Source: Selaginella moellendorffii (Eukaryota > Plantae > Lycopodiophyta). Taken from it: DNA of 64,000 bases. The position numbers and the translations under genes were made by a program. Positions 39,470 to 52,183 of this stretch are shown here, one piece after another. The notes below the pieces were generated by a model. That model did no database searches and was not told the origin of the DNA. It saw nothing but the letters and a program-made list of their open reading frames with translations. Position 1 is the stretch's first letter, and each line of letters opens with the position of its first letter. The stretch is from assembly GCF_000143415.4 (NCBI RefSeq), contig NW_003314275.1, positions 1,775,029 through 1,839,028 of the forward strand. Direction: 5' to 3'.

Positions 39470-40019
39470 TGTGGTGCTCTGCCCTAGATCGTAACTTAGG
39501 TCTACCTTCGTCACGTTCAAAATTATTATTATTCTTTTACTTGGATTTGAATGAAATAATCTAACTCTGTATCTATCCTAAATTAGTTAACTATCGTTAC
39601 CTTTAGGATGAGTCAGGTTATAGTGTGAAATGTACTTTACTCTGGGTGGGAAGGTTACTCTCATGTGGACTAAAGTGCCATGTCAATCAAACATTAAACC
39701 AAATTAAAAATTATCCAGATGCTAGCATTTGAATGGATTATTCCAAGAGGAGTGAATTCTACTAGGGACTAAAACAAGGAGTAAGTCTACTCCTGAGAGA
39801 GTGAAGTTTACTTTTGGTCCATTTACATGTGACCATGGTTTTAGTCAAGGACCAAGAGTAAAGATTGCTCTGAAAAAAAGGGGCGGGGGGGGGGGGGGGG
39901 AAGGTGGGGGGCCGAGGCATGTGACCTGGCTCTAAAACCAAACAAAAGCTCAAGAAAACATACTTCCCTCCAAGAAAATTGTTTAAATCTTTTTTCTATG
40001 GAAACCTCCTCTTTATAAA

Positions 40020-40287
40020 CTTTACTAGTAACATCTGTATTAATAATAATTGTTTTTAGTATTTCTTCATTTAATTTTTGGTAGTATTATATTGTAAATT
40101 ATTATTTTTATAAATATATTCATAAAAAAGTAAAACTATATAGTTAAATAATATATCTAATATCTATAATAAAATTGTTTATGTTTAGTGTTTGTCCTTA
40201 TAATTTTGTCTATGTCTCAGTAGTAATAGATTAGTTCTTTTAAAATATTAGTGTACTAAATATATTTATATGCTGTATATGTATGTG

Positions 40288-40328
<41 letters not shown>

Positions 40329-40620
40329 TGTATATTTAAAGGAAAAAAGTTTTTATTAAATTCCATATTTTTGTATACACCCAGCATTTGCTAGGCATTA
40401 CTAGTTATAGTATAAGAATATAGTTTTTAGAATAAGTATCATACTTCTCCACATTTTCTGTGGCTATGATTTAATATTATGTTTATGAAGCTGTTATATG
40501 TTGACTTAAACAAATTCATCTATAAATGTAAGTAGTAATTTCATATAATCTGGATGAGTATGTGCCCACCACACTTCCTTTATGGGACTAGATAAATAAA
40601 TCACAAGGTTACAATCATTT
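40020..40620 (+). repeat. AT-rich block duplicated at ~59886-60450, containing a Helitron-like 3' terminus
   Basis: Near-identical sequence in both places. CCCAGCA-TT-TGCTAGG hairpin followed by CTAG|T at 40401-40404 and 60207-60210. Confidence 0.7.
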
Positions 40621-40644
40621 TGAACTGTAATGAATGTAAGCATT

Positions 40645-41520
40645 TTACAATGTGACTTTAAACAATATTGTAAACAAGTCAACAAGTTTCTTTTTCTGTA
40701 TATAATACAATATTAGCATCTCCTTGGAGTATAATTTTACATAATCCCAATAAATATTTACATTTTGTAAAATCCATAAGTGATTTTTTCCAGAATATAA
40801 TCCAATTTTACAATTTGATAATATATATAGTATATTTTTTCCATTTGGTGATACTAAAAACTCCAAAATAAATATAGTTAGTTAGTAAATAATCCTTTGG
40901 AAATTTAGCATATAATGTACTTCGAGTATTATCACAATTTATATCTAAATAATTTTGAAATTCTTTTGCTATAGGTTTTATCAAATAGCTACTGTTCCAT
41001 TATCCATAAATTATATATCTAAGTCTATAATTTCTAGCTTTAATATCAAACATGCTAGAGCATGCAATAATTATTTCATCTATATACATATTTTTTAAAT
41101 AATAAAGACCAGATCTAATTGTACTACCACTAATTTTAGTATCAAGCAATTTGGGGGATTTTCACCTAAGCATTCAAACAATATTAAGGCAAATCCTCTA
41201 CCAAAATCTATAGATTCCCAATCATTATATCTAGGTAGATAATCATGATTAGATCTATTAATTCTATTTTCAATTTATTGAATTCTATCAATAATATTTC
41301 TAACTTCATAATAAAGTAAAGTATTATTAATTCCCCACTCTATATTTGACTTATAAGCTATATCAAAAACTATTATTGCATTCATTAAAAAGAAAAACAT
41401 CATATATTCTAGTTAAGTAGATTTACATATTTATAAGTCTGAAAATTTTCTATTTAAATATAAATATAGTTTATGAATAGTTTATTATATAGTTTTTTAT
41501 TTTAAAATGCTTCATTCCAA
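40645..41520 (-). mobile_element. Degenerate Ty1/copia RT-RNaseH fragment
   Basis: ORF 40645-40866 ends ...KEMLILYYIQKKKLVDLFTILF, resembling the copia RNaseH end (I.L.YIPT..Q.ADLFTK.L). Heavily mutated. Confidence 0.5.
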
Positions 41521-42379
41521 GAATATTGATGATAATGATGTTGATAGCTTAATGTGGACTATCAGCTGATGCCTACATACAGCCCCAAAGCCATCAAAAC
41601 ATAAATGTAAAGTAATTTCGCAAGCGTGTTATCTGCACGCCTGACCNNNNNNNNNNNNNNNNNNNNNNNNNNNNNNNNNNNNNNNNNNNNNNNNNNNNNN
41701 NNNNNNNNNNNNNNNNNNNNNNNNNNNNNNNNNNNNNNNNNNNNNNNNNNNNNNNNNNNNNNNNNNNNNNNNNNNNNNNNNNNNNNNNNNNNNNNNNNNN
41801 NNNNNNNNNNNNNNNNNNNNNNNNNNNNNNNNNNNNNNNNNNNNNNNNNNNNNNNNNNNNNNNNNNNNNNNNNNNNNNNNNNNNNNNNNNNNNNNNNNNN
41901 NNNNNNNNNNNNNNNNNNNNNNNNNNNNNNNNNNNNNNNNNNNNNNNNNNNNNNNNNNNNNNNNNNNNNNNNNNNNNNNNNNNNNNNNNNNNNNNNNNNN
42001 NNNNNNNNNNNNNNNNNNNNNNNNNNNNNNNNNNNNNNNNNNNNNNNNNNNNNNNNNNNNNNNNNNNNNNNNNNNNNNNNNNNNNNNNNNNNNNNNNNNN
42101 NNNNNNNNNNNNNNNNNNNNNNNNNNNNNNNNNNNNNNNNNNNNNNNNNNNNNNNNNNNNNNNNNNNNNNNNNNNNNNNNNNNNNNNNNNNNNNNNNNNN
42201 NNNNNNNNNNNNNNNNNNNNNNNNNNNNNNNNNNNNNNNNNNNNNNNNNNNNNNNNNNNNNNNNNNNNNNNNNNNNNNNNNNNNNNNNNNNNNNNNNNNN
42301 NNNNNNNNNNNNNNNNNNNNNNNNNNNNNNNNNNNNNNNNNNNNNNNNATTATTCTAATTGGATCAGGGTTTTGGTTAA

Positions 42380-43350
42380 GTAAAGAAGACTTATGTTTGG
42401 GAAAGCCTACACCGACACTTTCACCAAGAAATGGATACAGAAGTCATGAGAATCTATCCATGTTTGTGTTTTCCCAGATAGGTGATATGTTAGACCACAC
42501 TAAGGGTTAAATAGGACTAGTTGTGGATCTATTCATACGAGGTAAAGAGTATGAAGTTCTTGAATCAATATGAAAAGTAAAGCCTTATAAGTCTTTTCCA
42601 CAAGAATGGGAAAGGTGTGTAAAAGAGTTAACGAAGGAACCAAATCTCACCTTTGATGATGTAATTATTAAATTGATAAACACACATGGCATATGGAGTT
42701 CATGTTAGTGTGTTTTAACATATCACCCCATCTTGGAAAACATAAACAATGAATAAATTTTCATAACCTCCATATCAAACATAATCCATGATTAACCATT
42801 GGCTCTAGATCCATGATGGCATACACTCCTTGGAATTAGAGCCATATTTCTATGAGCTTCTTTTAGAGGCCAAAATCCTGTCCATTGAAAATGAGGTAAT
42901 AAAGAGGTATGTCAAAAACTAGAAGTAGTTACAATAGATAAAATAAAGAAAGTTTTAAAATCATAAAGTTAGTGAGGGAGTAATTATTCAGACCATGGGC
43001 AAGGTGGATAAAATGAATCTAGGTGCATTGATCATTACTAATGCAAATTATGTTGGGAGTATAAGCATTGAGTTTGTGACTGCCTTAATGCTAAAATTGT
43101 AACTCATTTAGGCACTAAAGAAGATAAGGAAATCAATATAGAAGAAAAGAGTTATAATATCAAGACTCTTGGAAGTATTAAAGCTTGGGTTTTAGACTCT
43201 AGCTGTACCAACTTAATGTCTATAAATAAATATATATTTGAGAAGTATAAACATATGAAACAAAGTAGTGAAGTTGTTCTTGGCAATAACACTTGCCTTG
43301 GAATATATGACACAGAAACTTCACACTTAAGCTTAAAAATGGAAAGGACA
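42380..43350 (+). mobile_element. Degenerate copia gag/protease fragment, paralogous to ~61005-61870
   Basis: Shared stretches such as AGAAGTCATGAGAATCTAT, CCACAAGAATGGGAA, GCTGTACCAACTTAATGT and CCTTGGAATATATGA in both copies. Confidence 0.65.
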
Positions 43351-43499
43351 TAGCTTTCACAAATATAATGATGGTGCCAATAAAGCTGGGGAAGTATAAA
43401 CTATCCATTATGTTATTTATGAAGTATAAGTCTTCAATAAAAATTAGCAAAAGATGCAAAAGAAAATGCATAGCATGATAGATTATGTTAAAGTACTTG

Positions 43500-46400
43500 A
43501 TGTTGGATATGGTGGTGTTATAAGTAAGACTTTTATGGTTTGATCAATTTAAAATTTTAATTTTTTTTAGTGATGGTGGCATGTACGAGTGTTTAACTTG
43601 GCTAGCCAATGTGAAAAATTTCTTGGTTACTAAAGGAACAATAGATGTAGAAGTTTTAGTGGCTATTTTAATGGTTTGAATGGTGAAATTGGATTAAAAG
43701 TTTTATAGAAACCACTAATGTTTACTTTAGATAAGTTTGAGGCCACTTTTCATTTATGTTTTGCCCTTTACTATACCATAAAGAATGTTCACATAGAACT
43801 TCAATATTTTTAGCAAAGGAAAATAATATTTAGAGACTATATTGAGAAGTTTACTTATTTCATTAGCCATGTTCCAACAAAGGATTTAAATCAGAATAAA
43901 TTTTACTTCATTGATGGTTTTTTCAATAAGAGCATGAGGCAATACTTGTAACTTACAAAGAGTTTGGAGGAGATATTTGATATGGCTTATTAACTTGATA
44001 ATGACAAGAATAAACCTTATAAGCATTCAAGGAATCCTTCAGTAGAGAATTATCATGAAGGTCGTCATGGATACAAGGATGAAAACAAACATCACAAGAT
44101 AAAATTTATAATAATTACTTTAAATGTAAAAGGGTTGAAAAAACAAAAGTTCTTTATGAAAGAATTATTAACAAGGTTATCATCATTATGACGAACTTGG
44201 ATAGATCAAGGTTGATTATCCATAGTTGAAAAAAAAGTAGTAGAACAAGAAGAATGGTTAATCTTTTAATGACAATAAGTTGAATATTAAAAAGTTGCAA
44301 AATTTGCACCATAAGAATGATAAAAAAGACTATTCTAGTTGAAAGAAAAGGTTTTCGATTGTTGCTCATTAACTCAACTATTTGTGAAACAAAATAAAGA
44401 TTAAGGACACTCATGCGTTAGCTTTAAAGTTGAAGGGTTTTATGGCGGTCTAATATAAATTTTACTAGATAGTGGGAGTAATAATAATTATGTTTTAGTA
44501 AGGTTTGTTAAAAAGTATAGTCTTATAACATAAGGAGTTTTTCCATAGACAGTGGAAGGTGCAATTATCCTTGCCCATCATTTTATACTTGTGTATAAGG
44601 GCTGAAGTGTTAGTTGGTAAAATCACACTTTTAAAAACTTTTTATTTTATGAAAATTCATCATATGGATCTCATTCTTGGGATACTATATTTGCAAAGGC
44701 GAATCTAAAGATAAAATGGAGCATTAAGCATATATCATTAAAGTATGGTAGCATAAAAAATGTGTGATTTGGAGAGGGAGTTTAGCCTTTAATTGTTATA
44801 CTTTCTGCTATAGCTTTAAAGTAAGCTTGTTATAATGAAAAAACACTTTCAAATTATTTATTGTTTGTTTATGATTTGGGGAACTAAGGCAAATATGGGG
44901 AAGATGCAATAGTGTGGGATATACTTAAAGAGTTTTCTAATGTTTTTCCATTAGAATTTCTTTATAGGTTATTTCTATTATAAAAGGTGGAGCATAATCT
45001 TATGTTTTAGCCAAGGACAAGATTAATTTACCAATGTCCATTTTAGTTGAGCTATGTAAAATAACATAAAGTTCAATGATAAGTCAAGGAGTTAATTGGG
45101 TTTAAATTTATTCAACTAAATAAATCCATGTTTGGCATACTGATCTTATTTGTGAAGAAGGATAGTTCAATGTGAATGTATATTGACTGCTATGTATTAA
45201 AAAAATGACAGTGAAAGATAAAATGTTAATGCTGTATATGGATGCTATTTTAAACAAAATTAGTGAAACTAAAGTGTTTACTAAGATTGATATGAAGAAT
45301 GGATATTGTTATATTGCAATAGATGACATATTTATTTCCAAGACAATAGTCAACATGAGCTTTGAGCATTTTAAATTCACAATTATGCTTTTTGGTTTGA
45401 CAAATGCATTAACAAAATTTACTCAATTGATGACAAAAGTGGCATTATTTATATGAGTTGTGAAGATTTTTTTGAACAATATTCTTGTTTTTGCCAAGAA
45501 TATGGAGCATAAAGTGCATTTATGCATAATTCTCTTCTTACTATATGACAACAAACTTTATAGGAAAAAGAAAAATTGTGAATTTGCAATATTAAAGATG
45601 TAGTATCTAAGTTACATTATAACATTGAAAGGTGTCAAAATAGATTCAAAAAAGGTGACTATGGAGGAGAATTAACCTACACCAATTTCAATGGCTGTGT
45701 TATACAATTTCCTTAGCATGGTTAATTACTATTGACATTTCTAATGCAAGTTTGCAAATGTGGCTATTCCTTTGATATAATTATTGCATAAAACTATGTC
45801 ATTTGAGTGAAAGAAGCCATAAAAGGGTAATTTGTGGCATTGAAATGATTATTAAGTAAGGCTTTAGTGTTTTATATTGTTGATTAATCAAAACTTTATA
45901 AGGTGATATGTGATGCAAGTGATTATACATTGGGGGGAGTTCTTATACAAAAGTAAGAGCTTATTGCATATGAGAGTTAGACTTTATATCCTATAGAATA
46001 ATAATATTCTACATATAAGTAAGAGTTACTTTCAAATTTTCATGCTTTGCAAATGTGAAGGTATATGTTTTATGATGTGATGTTTATGGTGTTAACATAT
46101 CGTAAACCTCTTGTGGGATTTATATGTTCCATTAGTGCAATTTACCTACAATAATAACCAAGTACAATAGAACCAAACTAGGTCTTTTCTTTGCCATATT
46201 TGGGAGGCATCCCCAAACAATATTAGAGTTTGGATTATATTTGAGCAAAGATGTTTAAGACAAATTTGATTTGGAGCCAATTGATCTAGCTATATAATTT
46301 AATGAGATTTTGGTGGTATGCACATGAAATTTGTAGATGGCTCAAAATAGGGTGGAGAAGTTTGCCAATAAACACTACCAATTCCAAGAATATAAGATAG

Positions 46401-46540
46401 GAGATCTCATTTTTATATGAGTGATCTTTTCATGAAGTGAGCAATAGAACACATTAATGTATTCGTGGAGTGGGAAGAGTGACAAACTTTTTCACGGATA
46501 TATTGTCTATATGAAGTGTTAAAGTGCATTGGTGGCAAAT
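43500..46540 (+). mobile_element. Degenerate Ty3/gypsy gag-pol
   Basis: LLDSGS protease remnant at ~44460. RT remnants VFTKIDMKNGY, IMLFGLTNA, FLNNILVF. RNaseH VICDASDYTLGGVL at ~45905. Many stops. Confidence 0.8.
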
Positions 46541-47044
46541 TGAGCGTAGACCATACTTAAGCTCACAAATTGAAGAGTTGAGCTCGTGACTTAAAACTTT
46601 AAAATATTAAGGTTATGGCGAACTTAATAATTTCATAACTCTCTACATATTATATAAATACAAATATTCTAAAGGACACTTCTTGTTCTAACAATGTAAA
46701 TAACTATAATAGGGATGTCTATTAGATAATAAAATAAGATGTTTGCAGAAAAATTATTCTTGTCACTTCCTTAAATCTGTACTTTGTGCTTTCTAGCTAG
46801 TAAATGTTAGGTTTGTCAAAATAAAAAAATTATTAAATTTGAAATAAGATTCTATGTAAAGCCATATAACTGTTTGAAAGGGAAAAAAAATAACTGTTGA
46901 TGTAAGCTTATTGCATATAAAAGAAAGACTTGGTTTTTTTCTAGAATACATTCTTGAGGGGTTTATCATAGCATATTGTCTAGAATTTATAAATCTTCAT
47001 TTACACTCTTATTTGAAAAAAGGGAAATATACATAAATGTCTGG

Positions 47045-48510
47045 TGTAAGTGACTAAATTTCCCATTCTACTTTAGTCATTTAACTACACCTCCAACCAC
47101 TTAAAGGAGTCTCTTTCACAACCTCCATAAATCCAATTCAGGACTTGGGGCTTACTAGCCCCAAGAATAGCATCCATACCACTCAACCTTTACACTTGGT
47201 TCAAGTGCTTCGGGTGTCCGATCCCATAACCAACACCCCAAGGTACCAACGACATATCAGCCTGTTACACTAAGACCATGCCCATTCACCTTGGTCACAT
47301 AGGTGGTTTAACACCACCTACATTGTAGTCCTGTCTCTCAAAAACTAAGTCATTTCTCCATGAGTGACCATCTTAGATCCACTCCTTAGCATCCTTAAGA
47401 TGCCCGCAAACATGGGGAACAGCCTTCCCCAATATCCATTTTACAGTTCCCACTAAGTCCCTTTTCTGTCCATGGCCATGTTCGCCAACACTGCCACTGG
47501 GACAAGGCCCATAGGCCCGACCACTAAACTTCCTCACTGTGTGACCGTATTCTTGGTCACCACACCAAAGGACTACTCTTCTTCCTTTCCATAGTTTGGG
47601 ACTTTGGGACAGCATTTTGAAACATCGTGGCCTTACACGGGCCTCATGGGTACTCTCTTTGCCTTTTGCCTTTGGGTGCTCTAGCTGTGGGCTTAGAGTG
47701 AGGTTCCGTTGAGCCACACTAGGTATCCAAGTAGGTAGTGCCACCCACGCTTGGACTGTGAGCATTGACCATTCGATCTCCCGGGGGAACTAGAGCTAGC
47801 TCTTGAACACTTCACTAAGTTACCCCGCTTGTTAGTCCATATTCACTCTAGCTTTAGACTTCCCAGTGGTTATCTCATCACCCAACACCTGGGTACAGCC
47901 TTCCTAGGCCAAACTGGCCTTTCCTAGCCAAACTGGCTCCATTGGGATCCAATCCCCACACTCTCTCTATTATACTTTTGGAACCCTCTACAGCCCCTTG
48001 TAAGCTCCTGAGTTTGGACTTCCCGAGAGGTCACCTAGTCTAGTACTATTCAAACCCACTTACAAATTTTTCCTTTCCAATTTCCCAGCTTACCCCCCCC
48101 CCTAGGGGATGATCGCTTTGGGTTTTCACCCAACAGCCTATATTAGTATTTGGACTCGGACTCGGTCTCAGTCTCAGTTTCAGACTCAGACTGGGTCTTG
48201 GTCTCGATCTCGGTTCTATCTCAAACTCCATCTCGGGTCCGTCTCGGACTCCATCTTGGACTCCACCTCGGCCTCCATCTCGAACTCTATCTCGGGTCCA
48301 CCTCAGACTCCATCTCAAACTCCACCTAGGACTCCATCTCGGGTCCATCTTGAACTCCATCTCGGATCCATCTCGGACTCTATCTCGGGTCCATCTTGGA
48401 CTCCATCTCGGACTCCATCTCGAGTCCATCTCAGACTCCATCTCAAGTCCATCTCGGACTCCATTTTGAACTCCATCTTGGGTCCATCTCGGACTCTTCC
48501 CCATATCATA
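47045..48510 (-). mobile_element. LTR of the same family as 5178-6293 (probable solo LTR; no clean TSD seen)
   Basis: Starts TGTAAGTGACTAAA and is collinear with 5178-6170. Has an expanded 12-bp GGACTCCATCTC array at ~48150-48495. Confidence 0.7.
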
Positions 48511-49269
48511 TGTTGGTCCTCTTGTGTCCCTTTTCTAGAGACTCACTTATTGCTTGTTTCATGCTTGTTCCTCGAGCCCTTCGTTGGGAGCTCCACTCCC
48601 ACTCTCGACCTTTTGAGTTGGAGCTTTTAGTCTATATGTGTTACCTCATTTGGCTTCCATCTCAGCCACTACCATATGGCACCCTTTCGACTCCTCTTTT
48701 GGGGCTTAAGGATTTTATGTTTCACATATGGGTTTTAGTGTTGGTAATTTTAACTTTCACAATCTTTTTTCCCAGGGTTCAAGGGTTAGGGGATGCAATA
48801 ACTATCCTATTGCACAACATAACCAAACCACATAAAAGAATGAAAGAGAGAATAGTGAGGATAGTGATCATGAGTTGAAGATAAATGCAATGATAGAAGG
48901 CACAACAAATTGGGTGAAAAAGAATGCCCTTTTACTTATTTTAGAAAAATGCAATTCTGCCACTTTCAAGAAATGCTCTATATGTTTTCTAGTGTCTAGT
49001 GGAAATAATGGCACTGATCAGTATGATGGTATATATGCTCTCACAACATATTGCAATATCACGCACCCAAAAGACTACCATGAAATCTTTTTTGAGATGG
49101 TAAAGATAGAAATAGAGACACACGAGTACTATGGGCAATATTACAAAAAGAACACTTGGAAGTATATAAAATGAAAAGTGAAATGAAAAAACACCGTTTT
49201 ACTAATTATATAAAGTATAATAAGTCTATATTATTGATAGAGAATAAACATCAATAATGTTGGAGAAAT

Positions 49270-50340
49270 CTAGTTAGCTCCAAAAGTTTTTTGCAACTCA
49301 GCAATAGTAAGGCTTGTTTTGTGTATATGAATATCCACTTTAGGATCCTAGTGCAAGATGTTAATGAAGATGTAATACATATGTTTGCAAAGAGCATATA
49401 CCTTCCCATGTTCCTCACGTTTCATAAAGTCTAGACATGTGCAAGAAGGAAAGTCTTGAATAGCAATTATGTATTCTCCACCTCTTATTTTGTCTATGTA
49501 CTCCTTTGCAAGTGCAATGATGTACTTCATGGAGAGAATTTCACACTCAAGTGTTTGAGCCAAGTTAATTTTACCTTGTTTTTGCTTAGAGACAGTACCA
49601 ATAAATTTAACTGCCTTACTTTTTTTTGTTGGCCTCCTGTGCATCTTTGGAGGAATAGTCTTGGTTCTGTCATTCATGTCTCCAACTCTCTTCTCAAGAT
49701 TGAAACCAGATTTCTGAAGGTTTTCAATCTCATCCGAGGTGAACGCAACCCCATTAGCAACTGGCCATTCTTTAGGTACTGCATCAAGTTTAGTCACTAT
49801 AATGTCTTCAAGCTGCTTCGTATGGTTGGCATCAGTGTTGCAACAATACAACGAACACCATCTCGAAAATCTTGCTTGCTTTTGTTCCCCATAGAAACAT
49901 GGGGCTGGAACAGAAGTAGATTTGTCACCACGAATCCAGGCCCAACACTTGCCCCTCGAAAGCATCCCCACACACTTTATATTTGATTTTTCTGGCACAC
50001 GTCTGATTGCCCATTGCTTCAGCTCCACATTACAATAAGCAATTTCAACCTATTGGGATGCACTCTTTTCATTAGCCACTTGAGGTGGCTCAGTTTGAGA
50101 GTAGTGTTTTGGAGCAAAATGGTACTTGATATCAGGCCTATAAGAGCTTTTTGCTCCAAGTTCCATACTAGAAAAGGACGAGAAGATAACAACTGACTCT
50201 TCACATTCATTTTAGCTAGAGCATATCTTGGCACTTTGACTAGAGATCCAAAAACTTAAATTTCTTTCGACTTGGAATTCTGTAAATCCCATTGTTGTCC
50301 ACCCTCATCCACACCAAAAAGAAGAAACTCTGAGTATGCA
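49270..50340 (-). pseudogene. SWIM zinc-finger protein gene with in-frame stops
   Basis: EYIIAIQDFPSCTCLDF..LCKHMYYIF (CxC..CxH). The frame continues past TAG 49348 as DPKVDIHIHKTSLTIAEL and upstream past another TAG near 50050. Confidence 0.75.
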
Positions 50341-50680
50341 ACTATACTGATGTTGTTGCGAATCACAGCCTCTAAAGAAATAGAGCTAAGATGAAAATCA
50401 AAATGCCAATATAAAAAACTTTCAGAAACAATACTTTGAGAGAATGAAAGAGGTGGGTGATCTCGAAAATGAAAAAGAAACTTCTCTATCCTTCTCAATA
50501 GGTTTTGGAGTTCTTTCTCTTTATGCTACTTATAAAAATCCATAGTGAAAAATAATTGAAATTTAAATAGAGTAATAAGAAGAATATCAACAACATACAA
50601 AATGAATTTAAATTTTATAACAAATTTAACATGTGCAAGTGTGACAGTATTAATATCACTATCATCTATTATGATGTCTG

Positions 50681-51274
50681 TGTAAGCAACCAAAGGAAAC
50701 GACTCGAGAAATGATCCATAAAGTTCAAATATAGAGGGAAAGGGCCTATGAATAAGAGTGCACCCCTTTTTTCAATCGGTTAAGGGTCTTGGGATAGTTG
50801 GAATTAAGCGTCCTTGGGTTTGAATAGTACTGGGGTAGGTGACCTCCTGGGAAGTTCAAATTCAAGAGCTTACATTTGGTATCAGAGAGGTCTTGGGTCC
50901 GACTCTGTTGGTTGGCTTAGGGGAATCACACTACATGTTGATTGACATTTGGCTGGTTCAGTTTGTTCCCGCTGGGCTTGACCCGAGGGGTAGGGTGTTA
51001 AGAGAGCGAAGCTCTCAGGAGAGCTGTGGCTCTCAGCTTCCGTTCATGAGGGCGTGAACTTGCGGGGAAGCGTGGTGGATTGTAAGCAACCAAAGGGAAC
51101 GACTCGAGAAACGATCCATAGGGTTCAAATATAGAGGGAAAAGGCCCATGAACAAGAGTGCACCCCTTTTTCTAATCGGTTAAGGGTCTTGGGATAGTTG
51201 GAGTTAAGCATCCTTGGGTTTGAATAGTACTGGGCTGGGTGACCTCCCGGGAAGTTCAAATTCAGGAGCTTACA
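50681..51274 (+). mobile_element. Cassandra TRIM (non-autonomous LTR element with 5S rRNA-like domain in LTRs)
   Basis: 194-bp LTRs at 50681-50874 and 51081-51274 (TGTAAG..CTTACA). PBS TGGTATCAGAG at 50877. Purine-rich tract before LTR2. TSD GTCTG/GTCTT. Each LTR has TTAAGC.TCCTTGGG..GAATAGTACTGGG..GGTGACCTCC.GGGAAGT (5S internal control region). Confidence 0.93.
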
Positions 51275-51964
51275 GTCTTATGCATGTATATACATAGATC
51301 CAAGGAAGGATTTTCAGCACGTGAAGTTTGATAGTTAATAATGATACCAGTAATGACATTCTGCTATAGCGTGTTAAACCAAGAGATCCAATCTGACTAT
51401 CAACACATGTGATATATCAAGTTGTTGAATTTTAAGTGGTAGGTGATAATAAATCTTGTAAAATCTTATTCTTCAATGACAAATTTGATTCATAGTACAA
51501 CTCAAGATTTATCCATAATTGTGAACACTGCTCAATGACATTTAAAGCACGTGCCTATTGTTTAGGATCTAATACAACACAAAATAAATTTCTGGATGAG
51601 GATTCATCCATTCATAGATGGATATAGTACAACATATTTTAACATGCCTTATTTATACTCTTTAAAGTTCTTGTAACGATTCCAAAATATGTACAAAAAA
51701 TTGATGAGAATGCATCCTTTCTAGATAATTTGTAAAAAATATATCATATCTCTAATAACAAAAACATTGATAGGTGCTAGTTATATCATCATTAAAATAT
51801 ACAAAATAAAGAAGCATAATTCAGATAAAATAATAATGATAAGATAAAATAAGATCAAAGATATTTTGATGGCTGAGATTTAGGTTATTCAAAATGAACA
51901 GCCAGGATGAGAGATTGGTTAGGGTTAGGGCAGCTGCCAAAATTAGGTTACTGTTTGCACCGTG

Positions 51965-52175
51965 AGTGGAGCGCGTGAGAGATCGAGGGATTGAGCACAA
52001 AGGAGATTCAGGGATTGAGTGCAAAGGAGATTGAGGGACTGAGCATGCAAAAGATTGAGCGATTGAGCACACAAGAGATTCAGAGATTGAGCACGCAAGA
52101 GATCGAGAGATTGAGCGCGTGAGTGGGAGAGATTGAGCCCATGAGTGGGAGAGATTGAGCACACGAGAAATTGAG
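51965..52175. repeat. ~20-24 bp tandem repeat (GAGATTGAGCAC... ~8 copies) just upstream of ATG 52184
   Basis: Visible as the repeating AQSLNLLC pattern in minus-strand ORF 51943-52227. Confidence 0.8.
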
Positions 52176-52183
52176 AAGGAAAG

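Noticed and set aside
41626-42510. Long ORFs made of X residues (also 57460-58503)
   Set aside because: These span assembly gaps.
48046-48630. Repetitive ORFs (SPRW/LHLG repeats)
   Set aside because: These are translation artefacts of the 12-bp tandem array inside the LTR.
50801-50857. 5S rRNA gene
   Set aside because: Only the internal control-region part is present, twice, inside LTRs. It belongs to Cassandra.
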